IMG/VR virus record: IMGVR_UViG_3300047554_001015
Coordinates: 1-57,832 of that record
Strand: one strand, 5' to 3'
DNA length: 57,832 nt
From: a virus
Lineage: Duplodnaviria > Caudoviricetes
The position numbers and the translations under genes were made by a program. Under the pieces are notes generated by a model that saw nothing but the letters and a program-made list of their open reading frames with translations, made no database searches and was not told the origin of the DNA. Position 1 is the stretch's first letter. The number at the start of each line of letters is the position of its first letter. This document shows, one piece after another, positions 16,777 to 27,600 of this stretch.

Positions 16777-17376
16777 TTAGATATTCTTTTCACCGTCAAT
16801 TTCCTGGTCGCCATCCAGCAACCAAGTCCCATCCAAAATCAGTAAATTGCTCAGCAAGGAAATATCGCCAATCCTCAAGTCCAGCAATGCAGACCGGGCA
16901 TTTTTCCACTCATTAATCAGCCCTAAGATCAGTTCAATCTTGTCTGTGGAAACGTTCGATCGCTCTGGGTCCAGATACACCACAAAAGCGGCCAAATGCT
17001 TGCCCGCCAGGATTTCCTCCCCATTCAGTTGCCACCATCCATTCAGGCATAGCGGTGGGTTTTCATCCACTGTCGCATCAGGATAGCCGACCTTTTCCAT
17101 GGCAGTTAGCAATGCAAATGGGGTGCCTGATCTGCGGTTCAGTTCAATTGCCGCCTCAATCAGATCCCGCCTAGCTTGTTCAGTTTCTGCCAGCCGCCAA
17201 CCCCGCAACCCCCAAACGTTGAACTGCTGAGCCAAGTGAGGCAATGCCCCCGCCGTAACCGTCTGGGGATAATAGACCCGCAGCAACAAATCATGGTCAA
17301 GTTCCTGCAACCGCTCGATCAACTTTTCCAGGATTTTGAATCGCTCATCAGCAACCGTGGGGGGCAGCATCGTCAT
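16777..17376 (-). CDS. baseplate/tail protein I (P2 gpI-like)
   Basis: LPHLAQQF, RDLI..AI.L.R..GT, I.EWKNARS. Confidence 0.85.
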   Translation of the reverse strand: MTMLPPTVADERFKILEKLIERLQELDHDLLLRVYYPQTVTAGALPHLAQQFNVWGLRGWRLAETEQARRDLIEAAIELNRRSGTPFALLTAMEKVGYPDATVDENPPLCLNGWWQLNGEEILAGKHLAAFVVYLDPERSNVSTDKIELILGLINEWKNARSALLDLRIGDISLLSNLLILDGTWLLDGDQEIDGEKNI

Positions 17377-17379
17377 GGT

Positions 17380-18522
17380 TTAGCCCTCATTGGTGCCAAC
17401 AATATTGAGAACCGGATCCCCGGTGTGGTTTGCCCATTCAGTTTCGGCAACCACAATATCTGTGGCAGGGCTATTGAGGGTCACGTCATAGACCCCGGCC
17501 ACCCCCGTAATCACGCCGATAATTTGGCTCCTGACAATATCTTGGCCAAGTTGCGATTCCCGATCAGTAATATAGGCATCCACCGCCGCAGCAATTTCAG
17601 TCGCCAATAGCACACCGTCAGCCTCATCCAAAAGGGTGATATCAGCATCAATGGTGAACCCGGCAGACGTGGGAGCCTTCACCGTGACGATATCGCACAG
17701 GGGGCGAACCTGGTCATTGTCGAGTGCATCCTGAACCTGTGCAATCAACTCAATGCTAGGCAGTCCCTCAGAGGTTAGCGGATAAACGTCCACATAAATC
17801 CTCAGCAATCCCCCGGCATCGTTGAGGGGCATGACCACTGAGGCATCAATAATTAGCTGGCTAACCGTTAAAGTGTGGAATTTGTAAGCATCGGCGGGAC
17901 CGGCAACCGAGAACTGCGACGGGGCCAATTTGATGCGGGTCCGGTAGGGGTCATCAGCCTCAACATCTGCCCCGCCCGTGCTGGCTGTGGTGTTGGTCAC
18001 CGTTAGCGTTAGCCCTGGGATGGGGTCTAGCAATTGGTCAATTTGCCCCACAGTAAAGCCATTGCCCAATATGCCAGCGGTGCCCGCAGTTGCCTGAACC
18101 GTGATGGTGGTTTGGCCAGCGGCGATCGTGGCGTTCTCATCGGTGGCAAACAGGACTGGGGCACCGGCTACCCTTGCGCGGGTTCCGGCTGGAATCAGGG
18201 TATCTACGCCACGGGGGGCGGCTAGGGTAAATTGCAGGGTAAGGGCGGCAAAGCTTTCCGGCAACCGGGGGGCACCTACCAACGCCCCAAGCTGATCCAA
18301 GTGGATACCACTAGCTAGGTTTACCAGGTTTTGCTCCCCAGCATATTGAATCCCGATTCTCAGCAAGGTTTCTCGGTAATTCAGCAAATTAATTAAAAGC
18401 CGCTCAGCTTGGCCGGGAAACAGGGTCTTGTCTGCCAGAGATTCCCACAGGCTGATAATGTCGGCCTCTGTCGTGGCCGGATCCCGATTGATAAAATTTG
18501 GGGTCGCCAGATTGCTAGCCAA
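17380..18522 (-). CDS. baseplate J-like protein
   Basis: A.G..LD.LG...G..R, GGADVEADD.YR.RI, FSVAGP..AY, VRPLCD; TTG start after GAGGTG. Confidence 0.9.
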   Translation of the reverse strand: MASNLATPNFINRDPATTEADIISLWESLADKTLFPGQAERLLINLLNYRETLLRIGIQYAGEQNLVNLASGIHLDQLGALVGAPRLPESFAALTLQFTLAAPRGVDTLIPAGTRARVAGAPVLFATDENATIAAGQTTITVQATAGTAGILGNGFTVGQIDQLLDPIPGLTLTVTNTTASTGGADVEADDPYRTRIKLAPSQFSVAGPADAYKFHTLTVSQLIIDASVVMPLNDAGGLLRIYVDVYPLTSEGLPSIELIAQVQDALDNDQVRPLCDIVTVKAPTSAGFTIDADITLLDEADGVLLATEIAAAVDAYITDRESQLGQDIVRSQIIGVITGVAGVYDVTLNSPATDIVVAETEWANHTGDPVLNIVGTNEG

Positions 18523-18961
18523 GATCCACCTCTGTTGTGCCTTCCAATGCGCTTTCCGATAACTGCCATTTGGCTTTAACTGAAACCTTGCCCTGCACTG
18601 CCTGAGAGCGATCCACCGCAATGCCGGTTAGGTCAAGCCTAGGCTCCCAGGTCTCGATTGCGTCCACAGATTCCCGAATAACGTAGGAATCCACCCGATT
18701 TACCGGATAATCAATAAAATCCCAGATGCCGGTACTAAATAAGGGGCGGTGAACATCTGACCCCTGTGGAGTCCCGACAATCACGGTTAGGGTTTGGTTT
18801 AGCTCATCCAAATCCTGCACCGTACCCTCACCAAACAAACGGAACCCCCACCACCGTGCCACGATCTGGTTTTCCGCCAGCAACGCGGGGGCCGCATCCA
18901 ATTGGCTAGCCCACCAATCGGCTAAAAGCTGGAAATCAGGGTGTGAGGTGATGGGGTCCAC
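18515..18961 (-). CDS. baseplate wedge protein, gpW/gp25 family
   Basis: TPQGSDVHRP.F, AIETWEPR. Confidence 0.85.
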   Translation of the reverse strand: MDPITSHPDFQLLADWWASQLDAAPALLAENQIVARWWGFRLFGEGTVQDLDELNQTLTVIVGTPQGSDVHRPLFSTGIWDFIDYPVNRVDSYVIRESVDAIETWEPRLDLTGIAVDRSQAVQGKVSVKAKWQLSESALEGTTEVDLG

Positions 18962-18993
18962 AAAGTTGAAATCAGTTGGGTTTGGTCTAGCCT

Positions 18994-19002
18994 AGGGTTC
19001 CC
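18994..19002 (-). promoter_or_regulatory. late promoter motif GGGAACCCT
   Basis: 32 nt upstream of gpW start. Confidence 0.7.
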
Positions 19003-19055
19003 CCGTGCCCTATACTATTTAGAGAAAGGGCAAAAGCCCACAACGAAAACACACC

Positions 19056-19397
19056 ATGACACAGCACCTGCAACATCTCAAGCCCAAAGCCTACGGCTAC
19101 TTAGCGGTTAAAGCCGTTAACTGGAAAGAGGGATCCAAGGAAGCCATCAAGCGCTACCAGGAACATTTGGAACCTGTTAAGTCATTTCCCTCTGAGATCG
19201 AAGAATTGTTTGCCCATGTTTGCCAGGGCACTGATGAACTGACTGACCAGAGCAAGCTTCGGAAAATCCGGGCAAATGCCGAAACCATTTTTGGGCCGGA
19301 GCATACGCCGGAACAGTTGGCGCAAATTAAGGCAGATTTTGCCAGTTTTCTTGAAGATTTGGAGCCGTTCTTTGATGAACTGGCCGCAGCAAACTAA
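19056..19397 (+). CDS. hypothetical protein
   Basis: AACGAAAAC leader; terminator at 19417-19450. Confidence 0.7.
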   Translation: MTQHLQHLKPKAYGYLAVKAVNWKEGSKEAIKRYQEHLEPVKSFPSEIEELFAHVCQGTDELTDQSKLRKIRANAETIFGPEHTPEQLAQIKADFASFLEDLEPFFDELAAAN

Positions 19398-19416
19398 AGC
19401 TTGAACTCCTCAAATT

Positions 19417-19450
19417 AAAAGCCCCGGTTTTATCCAGGGCTTTTTTATTG
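19417..19450. terminator. probable bidirectional terminator
   Basis: AAAAGCCC...GGGCTTTTTTATTG between convergent genes. Confidence 0.7.
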
Positions 19451-19451
19451 G

Positions 19452-20870
19452 TCACTTGCGGGGGATTCGTTTGGCCTCTAACCGGGCATCCCACTCTCGG
19501 AGTAGTCCCGCATCGCTCAGCACATCCCGCAGTATTGCCCGACAGTCAGGATATTCATCAGCACTGGGCATGACACCGGGCCAGACAAACCCAATCAGTG
19601 CGGCCTCAGAATCTTGGCCCTCTCTGAAGGCTTGGAGGATCTTGCCTTTCTGTTGTGGGGTTGCATCAGCGGCGATCGCCGGTTCAGTTTCGTCATCCAC
19701 AACCTCAGTTTCCACAACGGGGGCATCATCCAGCGGGTATTGCCAGTTAATGTAATCCCGTAAATCAGCAACTTGAAACACCCGTGGGGGACCGCCGATT
19801 TGGGTAAGGCACAAGGGAACCTCGGTCCCGGTTGCATCCTTCACCGTGGCGGCTAATTCTTGGCGGGTCTCCCGGTTGGGAATCATCGTGAAATCGTCGG
19901 CAATTCTAGCCAGTGTCTCCAGCCGATCCTTCCGGCCTTGGGCAAAGATGGCCATATTGTCTCGCACCGTGGAATCGATTGAGTTTTGTTTAACCAAGTG
20001 GCTTTGGGTCACCATCCAAACCGAAACGCGATCCTCTCTGCCCATGAAAATCAGTTGCTCCACACGGGAGGCCGCTTGGTCGGCTTTTTTGGGGTCAAGC
20101 CGTTTCAAATCCTTAAGCATACTGGGCCATTCGTCCAGAATCACCGTCAACAACGGATCGGTTGTTGGCTGTCCAGTCCGTTCCCGAATATCAATGCGGC
20201 GGGTCAGTTCCTTGTAAATGGCATCCAGAAACTTGGGCAGTTGGTCTACGGTTTCAGGTCGGACCCGCAAATAAGTTTCAGACCGATTCAGCCCCATATA
20301 GGAGCTGCCCTTGGGGTCTGCAATCCAAAATTCACAGTGGCCCTTGGTGGTTTCGTAGCGATGCCGGATTGCTCCACAGAGTGAAGTCGTTTTGCCGCTG
20401 TCTGTGATGGCAACAATCAAGCTGTGATTTTGAGAGGCAATCAGCGGGGCAATGTTCTCTGTTGGCAAACCCTCAGAACCCCAAGGGGATTCGGCTTGCG
20501 GGCGGGGGGCCACTGGCTCAGTAGATCGGGAAGGCTGGGCAGTCTGTGGGGCATCAGCGGGGGTGGGGTTGTTGACCGAAATCTGGGGATTGAATTGAGG
20601 GTTGAACTCGATCACGGGATTATTTTCGATCACCGTGGTTGCTGCGGCTGTGGTCTCGGTTGACTGGTTCAAGGCTTGAGGCTGTGGGGCTACGGGCAAA
20701 ATCCCCATGTCCCGTTTCTCCTCTTCCCGCTGGCTGACCACTGCGACCCCACCCATGGTTCCAATGCCAAATCCCACAAGTGCAGAGCCAGTATACGACG
20801 CGGCCCATAGCCCGGTCCCCATGGTTGCCAACATTAATAGACTGCTAAGTTTCATTTTCAATTTCTCCAA
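19452..20870 (-). CDS. membrane-anchored FtsK/SpoIIIE(HerA)-family ATPase
   Basis: N-terminal hydrophobic segments, AITDSGKT Walker A, IADPK, VILDEW Walker B, GRE arginine finger, VTQS. Confidence 0.8.
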   Translation of the reverse strand: MEKLKMKLSSLLMLATMGTGLWAASYTGSALVGFGIGTMGGVAVVSQREEEKRDMGILPVAPQPQALNQSTETTAAATTVIENNPVIEFNPQFNPQISVNNPTPADAPQTAQPSRSTEPVAPRPQAESPWGSEGLPTENIAPLIASQNHSLIVAITDSGKTTSLCGAIRHRYETTKGHCEFWIADPKGSSYMGLNRSETYLRVRPETVDQLPKFLDAIYKELTRRIDIRERTGQPTTDPLLTVILDEWPSMLKDLKRLDPKKADQAASRVEQLIFMGREDRVSVWMVTQSHLVKQNSIDSTVRDNMAIFAQGRKDRLETLARIADDFTMIPNRETRQELAATVKDATGTEVPLCLTQIGGPPRVFQVADLRDYINWQYPLDDAPVVETEVVDDETEPAIAADATPQQKGKILQAFREGQDSEAALIGFVWPGVMPSADEYPDCRAILRDVLSDAGLLREWDARLEAKRIPRK

Positions 20871-20907
20871 AAAAATAAGGGGGCTAAATGCCCCCAGTGT
20901 TTACGGT

Positions 20908-21558
20908 TTAGTTAGGGGCTTGAGACTGTTGCACAAAGTAGGTTTTGAAATTGTTGACCCAGAACAGTGCAGCAACTAGAACTTGGATGAAAACTAGAAT
21001 CAGCAGGTTGGTTAGAATCCCAGAGAGGGACCAGAATCCGAACTCATCAACCGGGGGGTAGTGGGTCATCAGAACCCAGCCATCGACCCCTAGGACCACT
21101 AGGCTCACGTCATCAACGATTCCCAGCATCCGCGCCACATAGTTGTTGTAGCTCTCTTTGAGCTTTTTGACGTGGCGAGTGTCTTCCTCGTTAATGTCCA
21201 ACTTGTAGCGGTCGCCTTCCTCTACGGACTTGACTGCAAACTTGATGTTGTCGCGGGTGCAAATGAGGAGGACCGGGGCGGTTTCAATAATCTGGATTAG
21301 GATGAAAACCAGAATCCCAAACAGTGCCCCGCCAAACTGAGAAAGGATATTTCCCACAGCATCCACACCCGGAACCCCAGACAAGAAACTGAGGAATTCC
21401 CAATCAATTGCAGAAACCAGGCGATTTCCGAAACCGATATAAGGAAGAGCATTCATCACGATTAGCTGGATGCCTAGGGCTATGGCCACACCGCAGAAAG
21501 CGTTGACGGCAAACTTTAGCCACTTACTATTTGATTTGGGCTTGGGGGATGACGACAT
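20908..21558 (-). CDS. multi-pass membrane protein
   Basis: About four hydrophobic helices; co-oriented upstream of FtsK-like gene. Confidence 0.7.
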   Translation of the reverse strand: MSSSPKPKSNSKWLKFAVNAFCGVAIALGIQLIVMNALPYIGFGNRLVSAIDWEFLSFLSGVPGVDAVGNILSQFGGALFGILVFILIQIIETAPVLLICTRDNIKFAVKSVEEGDRYKLDINEEDTRHVKKLKESYNNYVARMLGIVDDVSLVVLGVDGWVLMTHYPPVDEFGFWSLSGILTNLLILVFIQVLVAALFWVNNFKTYFVQQSQAPN

Positions 21559-21985
21559 CTTGAGTCTCCTGAGGTTTGATTGATGCTGTGGGAGTGTTGG
21601 GCTGAATGGGCTGACCGTTGGCGTAGTTCACAACTCGCCCATTCTGGATTTCGCCGGTTCCGCCCCACGGGTCGCAGACGATCGCCCCATTTCCTAGGAC
21701 TGCCCCTTGGCTGCGGTCTGCAACGGTCAACCCATCGCTAACCGCTGTGTACTCGTTCTTTCCCATGGCCTCAATAAAAATGCACCGGCCAGAGCTTTGC
21801 CGTTTCATGGCGACTTCGGCTTGGGCTGCATTGATGGCGGCAGACTGTTGCAAGTTGGTCAGTTGATTGCGGGTAGCCTGTCGGGCATTCATTTCATCCT
21901 GTCCGGATGCCATCCCCACAAGGGTGATGAGGCCACCGATTCCTAATGCAATAAATTTGATGTTCACAGTGCCATTTCCTCCCAA
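21527..21985 (-). CDS. single-pass membrane or exported protein
   Basis: N-terminal TM, coiled segment, two Cys. Confidence 0.65.
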   Translation of the reverse strand: MGGNGTVNIKFIALGIGGLITLVGMASGQDEMNARQATRNQLTNLQQSAAINAAQAEVAMKRQSSGRCIFIEAMGKNEYTAVSDGLTVADRSQGAVLGNGAIVCDPWGGTGEIQNGRVVNYANGQPIQPNTPTASIKPQETQDVVIPQAQIK

Positions 21986-22242
21986 ATTCGTTGAGCTTCT
22001 TTTTCCTTTGCAGCCTCTTGCTTTTGGTTCTCTACTGCGGCCTCAAGGGTAACCCCCTCTCCCCCGCAGTAACTCAGTTCAACTGCCCATGGCTTGGGGT
22101 CGTTTGGAACCCACACCACAATGTCGTGGTTGTAGGCTGCATCAAAACAGCCTAGGGCTGGGCCGATTGTGGACTGTTCAAAGTTCCAAGGGATGCCAGG
22201 AAGCACCCGCAGAACTTCAGCCTTGAATTCCTCTAGGGTCAT
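21964..22242 (-). CDS. hypothetical protein
   Basis: Overlapping start/stop within operon. Confidence 0.6.
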   Translation of the reverse strand: MTLEEFKAEVLRVLPGIPWNFEQSTIGPALGCFDAAYNHDIVVWVPNDPKPWAVELSYCGGEGVTLEAAVENQKQEAAKEKEAQRIWEEMAL

Positions 22243-22424
22243 GCTGCCACCCCCTGAGGCTTAATCCGTAAACGCTCTTGAGGCTTGCTAATTTTCATGT
22301 TTCGGACCAATTCGAGGGCTTGCGCATGGGTTAGCCCGATTTCCACAGGTTGCCAGCGGAAAGTCTTGTCTTTCTCAATGTGGCTGGCGTTGTAGTCGTA
22401 AACCTGGACAATGTATTTCTGCAT
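22239..22424 (-). CDS. hypothetical protein
   Basis: AAAACGAAG leader. Confidence 0.6.
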   Translation of the reverse strand: MQKYIVQVYDYNASHIEKDKTFRWQPVEIGLTHAQALELVRNMKISKPQERLRIKPQGVAA

Positions 22425-22463
22425 GGCTTCGTTTTCGCGGTTGGGTTTACTCGATTTGTGGGA

Positions 22464-22646
22464 CTAGGACCAGGGGCACGGGGGGCCATATTCACCATCG
22501 CCTAGATGACATGGATCCTCATCTCCATGGTGGGACTGCTGTTCCCACTGCCCAGACGGGGTATCAAAAATCTCCGGGGGGGCTGGTTTGGATACGACAG
22601 CAACAATCCCAACGATTAGCGCAGCAGAGGCAAAAAGCTTTAACAT
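22464..22646 (-). CDS. small exported or membrane protein
   Basis: MLKLFASAALIVGIVAVV signal-like start. Confidence 0.5.
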   Translation of the reverse strand: MLKLFASAALIVGIVAVVSKPAPPEIFDTPSGQWEQQSHHGDEDPCHLGDGEYGPPCPWS

Positions 22647-22738
22647 GGTGGCAGTAATTCTGTTTTTAGGTTTGCAGGGCCGATTCCACAACGGGGGTCG
22701 GCTTTTTATTTGGAATAGGAGCCTGAGGTAGGACAACC

Positions 22739-23341
22739 TCAGATTTCGGCGTTTTTTCGGGCCAAATCCTCCGCGATCGCGGCGACGGCAGTTTGTTGGC
22801 CCCTAAAGGCAGCGGCTTGCAAATGCTTGTAGGTTGTGGCCTTGACCTCTGCCTCAACAAGATCGGCAAGCTCTTTGGTCCCTTGAGCCAAGACATGATT
22901 AAGGGCTGCTAGGGGATTGGTGGCACAGTCTAGGTTAGAGCGCATCTCTTCCATGTCTGCATCCAGGGACTGAATCCGGCTGGTGATTCCGCCGTAGGAA
23001 GGACGGGCAATTGTCAGGGCTGAACTTGTGGGACCGTCCACCACCAACTCCGCATCAATCACGGGGGTGTCCCGGTTTTTGATGCGCTTAAGCTTTTCGG
23101 TCCAACCATCGGACCAAACACGCCGATCCTTTGCAGACGGGCCAGCGGCGGCAAACTTGGCTGCGTAATCCCGCAGCATCTCTTCAAATAAATCGTCCGA
23201 AATCTCTTTGGACTCAATATCATCCCCCAACCCGGCAGCGCTGATGCTGCGGTTCAACCATTTGATCCAGTTCTGGCGGATCACTGCGGGTTTTACGCCG
23301 TACTCTTGGGCAACGATATCTGAGATGGTCAGGTCTTCCAT
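22739..23341 (-). CDS. putative DNA-binding coiled-coil protein
   Basis: N-terminal HTH-like TISDIVAQEYGVKPAVIRQNW, C-terminal helical region. Confidence 0.6.
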   Translation of the reverse strand: MEDLTISDIVAQEYGVKPAVIRQNWIKWLNRSISAAGLGDDIESKEISDDLFEEMLRDYAAKFAAAGPSAKDRRVWSDGWTEKLKRIKNRDTPVIDAELVVDGPTSSALTIARPSYGGITSRIQSLDADMEEMRSNLDCATNPLAALNHVLAQGTKELADLVEAEVKATTYKHLQAAAFRGQQTAVAAIAEDLARKNAEI

Positions 23342-23375
23342 GGTTTTGTCTCTGTTTTAGGTTTGCGGGGGAGCC

Positions 23376-23588
23376 GAAACCGTTTTGGAAACCGTTTTGG
23401 CTTCAACGGTTTTGGCCCTCCCTGAAATAGTTTTACCAGCATAAACCATTTTTTGCAACGGTTTCGATCCAAATTTGCCGCAAAAAACCAGCAAAGTATT
23501 GTCAGAACCGTTTCAAAACCATTACAGTGAAACGGTTTCACCCTCGAAAACCGTTGAGGACTATGGCCAAAAAACCCGAAAACCGTTT
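23376..23588. repeat. cluster of AACCGTT/AACGGTT repeats
   Basis: About 8 copies in both orientations plus 2 AACCATT; tandem GAAACCGTTTTG x2 at 23376-23399. Confidence 0.85.
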
Positions 23589-23811
23589 GGCGATCTCGCC
23601 GCTCTCTGAGATGTACCAGGATCTACTGAGGATCGATGCCCACATCGCTGGCAACACGATCGCCGCTCAAGCCCGATCGCTCCTCTGTGCCAAGCTGCTA
23701 CAGCGATCGGATTTCCGCCAAGAGGCACTGAAGCACCTCGCCCAAAAGCGGGGTATCAGCCCTGACGAATTGAAGGCCCAAATCCTGGCAGGGGACACTG
23801 CCCCACAATAA
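23563..23811 (+). CDS. small putative DNA-binding protein
   Basis: GAGG SD; basic N-terminus then helices; sits at the edge of the repeat cluster. Confidence 0.6.
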   Translation: MAKKPENRLAISPLSEMYQDLLRIDAHIAGNTIAAQARSLLCAKLLQRSDFRQEALKHLAQKRGISPDELKAQILAGDTAPQ

Positions 23812-23880
23812 AGCCAAAAAAAATGCCCCCCAAGTCTGAACCTCTTGGGGGGCTTAATCATCCTGTATTCTTCTTCAACT

Positions 23881-24093
23881 CTAGATTTCCGCATCCTGCT
23901 CAAGCACCTGCTGAGCAAGCCGCAAAACTTCGTCTATTGCCTTGGCATCTAGGGTATCACCCCGGATCACTTTTGCCGCCATCAGTGGGACGGCAATTTG
24001 CAGACGGGCCGAAAGCTGGGCAGACTCCACAGCCTCAAGTCGGTTCTTGAGAGCCATGACTTGACCGGCGAAATACTCAGTGGCTTGCTCCAT
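23881..24093 (-). CDS. hypothetical protein
   Basis: ORF in operon downstream of XRE gene. Confidence 0.55.
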   Translation of the reverse strand: MEQATEYFAGQVMALKNRLEAVESAQLSARLQIAVPLMAAKVIRGDTLDAKAIDEVLRLAQQVLEQDAEI

Positions 24094-24238
24094 GGTCCCC
24101 CGTCAGCATTTGGATCTGCCGTTTGGCACGGGCGATCGCCCGCCGATAGGTTTTGATCTCATCTTGATAAACCCGGATCAGGTCTTGCTTGGAGACGGGC
24201 CGCTGGCTTGCCGACTCATTACGGCTGCTGATTCTCAT
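24077..24238 (-). CDS. small hypothetical protein (53 aa, MRISSRN...)
   Basis: Translated by hand; ATGA overlap with XRE stop. Confidence 0.45.
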   Translation of the reverse strand: MRISSRNESASQRPVSKQDLIRVYQDEIKTYRRAIARAKRQIQMLTGDHGASH

Positions 24239-24435
24239 GGCAACAGTGCAGTCATGAGCTGATCCGCAGTCCAGTTAATCTGCTTCACGGCATCCCGCAA
24301 GGTTTTGAGTTGGGAACTATTGAGGGCGTAGTCATTTAGCCCTCGCTCCCACCGCCAGACGGTAACCCTCTGAACTCCAAGCAGGTTGGCAAATGCTTTC
24401 TGGTTTAGGCCCAATGCCTCTCTAATTTTTTTCAT
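24235..24435 (-). CDS. XRE/Cro-family HTH regulator
   Basis: IREALGLNQKAFANLLGVQRVTVWRWERG. Confidence 0.9.
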   Translation of the reverse strand: MKKIREALGLNQKAFANLLGVQRVTVWRWERGLNDYALNSSQLKTLRDAVKQINWTADQLMTALLP

Positions 24436-24613
24436 TGTTGTTTAGTCCCCTACAGGTCTCTTTAATGTTACACTACAACAACGCGCTAGTAAATGCCACC
24501 CCCCAAAAGCAAAACCCGGCAGGGGACACTACCGGGTTCCGAGAGTTAAGTCTTGATGGGGCATGAAGCACCAGCACTGGCCAATTCCGTTGAACACCAA
24601 CCACTAGGTAATC

Positions 24614-27600
24614 ATGAATAACCAATACGATGCCCGTATGTCTGACAATATTAACCAATTTTGGCCCTTGCTGCAATGGCTGCGGGATTGTGGACTCTCT
24701 CCCCTGCCAATTGCCCCCGCCCAACCCGCCGATCAGTTTCCACAGGTTGGGGCGGATGGCCAGCCCCGCACAGACAAAGACGGGAACCCCCTACCCCTGT
24801 TTACGGGCAAAAATCCCAGCTATCTGGACAAAAACGGGACTCCCCGAATTATCCGCCACAAAAACTACCAGGACTGCCTTCCCACAGATGAGGAGATGGC
24901 GGAATGGTGGGCAAACCCTGCCAACGGCTTTGGCTATCTCCACACCAGCCTAGCCCCCAATCTACGGACCCTGGACCTGGACCGCAAGAATTTTGACAGC
25001 CAGTCTGACTGTGATGCCGTGATGAGCAGCATCGCATCAGCTTTCCCTGAGGCATGGATCGATGGAACCATGCGGGGGGGTTACCACATGGCTTTTGCTT
25101 TTGAGGAGCCGCCCAGCTTCACGAATTTCGGCATGGGGGACATTGCCCACGTTGGGGAACTGCTAGGGCCGGGTCGGTTTGTGGCGATCGCTCCCACACC
25201 GGGTTACAGCCGGATTCAAGATGGGGGGTTTGCCCCCACCACTGTGGAATCCCTGGGAATCCACCCCCGCAAAAAAGCTACCCCCACAACCCCCGCACCT
25301 CTCTCCATGCCCCAGCAATCTTTTGGCTCAATCCCCCTGGAAATGCTAGGCAACCCTGAGAGCTTGGAGATCCTCAACGGGGCAAACCCAGCGGGCGATC
25401 GCTCAGCTTCTCTGGCCACCGCAATCCAGGAATGGATCGGTTGGGCAAACTGGTGTGATTCCAATGGTGTGGGATACCGGGGCACTCCTCAAGAATTGGC
25501 GATCGCCGCTGGCTCCACACTAGATATAGATGCGGATCGAGTAACCCGGATTCTGGCCACAATTGACCCGGCCAAATGCACCCCCGCTGCTCAGCATCTG
25601 GGCGGGGATGATGCTTGCTGGAAACGAGTCGCCAAACTCGATCGCCGCTACCAATCCAAAGCCTACCCCCAATCCCCCGCCCCATCCAATCAGAAGCCCC
25701 AACCCAAGCCCGTTGCCGCCCCCATCACCGCTGATGCTGCGGCTGAATTGCAGGATGCTGCCAAGATTCTGGAAACCCTAGCCTGCGACCAAATCAATAT
25801 CCACGAACTGTTACCCGCTGATCTTGCCCAGCCCCTAGAACGGGCCGCAGCCGATTTGAATATCGGGATTGTGGGATTGCTGGCCCCCCTGCTCAGTGCT
25901 AGCGCCTCATTAATAGGAGGCTCCACAATCAGCCCTAAGCTGAGTTGGACCGAGCAACCAACCATCTGGAGTGCTGTAGTTGCTGCATCCGGCCAAGGGA
26001 AAAGCCCCGGACAGCGGGCAATCTTGGGGCCATTGACTAAGTTAGATGAAATCGCCGGTCAGCAGTATGACCAAGACTTGCTGCAATACCAGCGCGACAA
26101 GGCCGAATGGGAACGGCTAGCCAAAGCCCACAAAAAGGAATCTGATGAGGAATTGCCGCCCCCGCCTGAGCCGCCGAACTATCGCCACTATTTAATGCGG
26201 GAAGCCACAATCGAGACGTTGCTGGCAGAACACTGCAAAAACTCAGGCAGTCGCGGGATCCTGTTTCTGAAAGAGGAGTTGGCCGGTTTGGTTCTGGGGA
26301 TGAACCAATACAAATCGGCTGGCAACGATCGCCAAACCTGGTTAGACCTAGCCGATGGCAGCTCAATCAAGCGGGCTACCAAGGCCGGAGTCAATCGGCG
26401 GGTTGACTCCAACATCTGTGTGTTTGGGGGGATTCAGCCCAAAGTGCTGGACAAGATGGCTGACTCTGAGGATAGCGATGGATTGTGGGCACGGTTCCTG
26501 TGGTTTACCCTTCCCTACTGCCCCGCTCAGTGGAACGAGAATGGGGGGTCCCTGGAGGGGCTACTACTGAATCTCTACCAAACCCTGGCAAAGTTTGCGC
26601 CGCAGAATTACACCCTAGAGCCGGAAGCCAAAGAACTGTTCGTGACCTACTGGACAGAGCAGCGCAACCGCGCCCTCAACTGCCCTAGCGGGATTGCCAA
26701 CGCCTACAGCAAATCCCCCCGCCACGTCCTAGCCGTGGCTCTGAACCTTTACTTGCTAGCCGCAGCCACAACCCCCGAACTGGGAACCCCACAGCCTGAG
26801 ATCCCCCTGTGGTGTATCTCAGCAGCAATCAAGGTGGTGAACCATTCCCTCAGTCAAATCTGCCGCCGCAATGCTGACACCGCTGTGGAACTGACCCCAC
26901 AGCAACGCAAGTTGATCGAATTATCAATTGACTGGCAACCCGTGACGGGGGGCTGGATTAAAACCCGTGATGCCATCTCCCGGATTCGCTATGGGGGCCA
27001 ACGGGTCAGCAGTGATGATGTCAAGGCACTGTTTGAGGAAATGGTTGCTGCTGGCCTAGGGGAAATCAAGACCACTGCACGGGGGGCGATCGAGTGGCGC
27101 TACAACGTCTTGACTGGCACAATCTCACAGAATGGGGATGCTGCAATGGGTGCTGTTAATGCTGCATTGAATGCTGCCAAACCGCTGAGCGATGACGGGA
27201 TGCTGCCACGGTTGGCAGCATCCACGATCCAGGCGGGGCAAGGGTTTGAGCCGACAAAAGCCCCAGTGCTGCCAAATTCTCAAAAAAAGAATGACGAAAA
27301 AAAATCCGCTGAAAACGGCGCAGCAAAAAAAGTGGCAGCATTGGCAGCAGTCAGCCAGAACCTAGGCGCAGAGCGGGTTGTGGATGCTGCCACGAATGCT
27401 GCCACGAATGCTGCAACTGAAAAATGGCAGCATTCAGAGGGGACAGCCACAGCAACAGCAACTGTCACACGACAGCACCCCACAACTCAATCCGCCGTAG
27501 GCAAAAAAGTTCAGTATTTAGGATCTGATTCCAAGATTTTGAAGTGGGGGACTGAGTTCACAGTTACAGGATTTATCGGCCTAGATTGTGGAATTACTCA

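Noticed and set aside
23376-23588. CRISPR-like array
   Set aside because: Repeats are 7-12 bp, irregularly spaced and in both orientations; no cas genes. The same applies to the TGCTGCCA elements.
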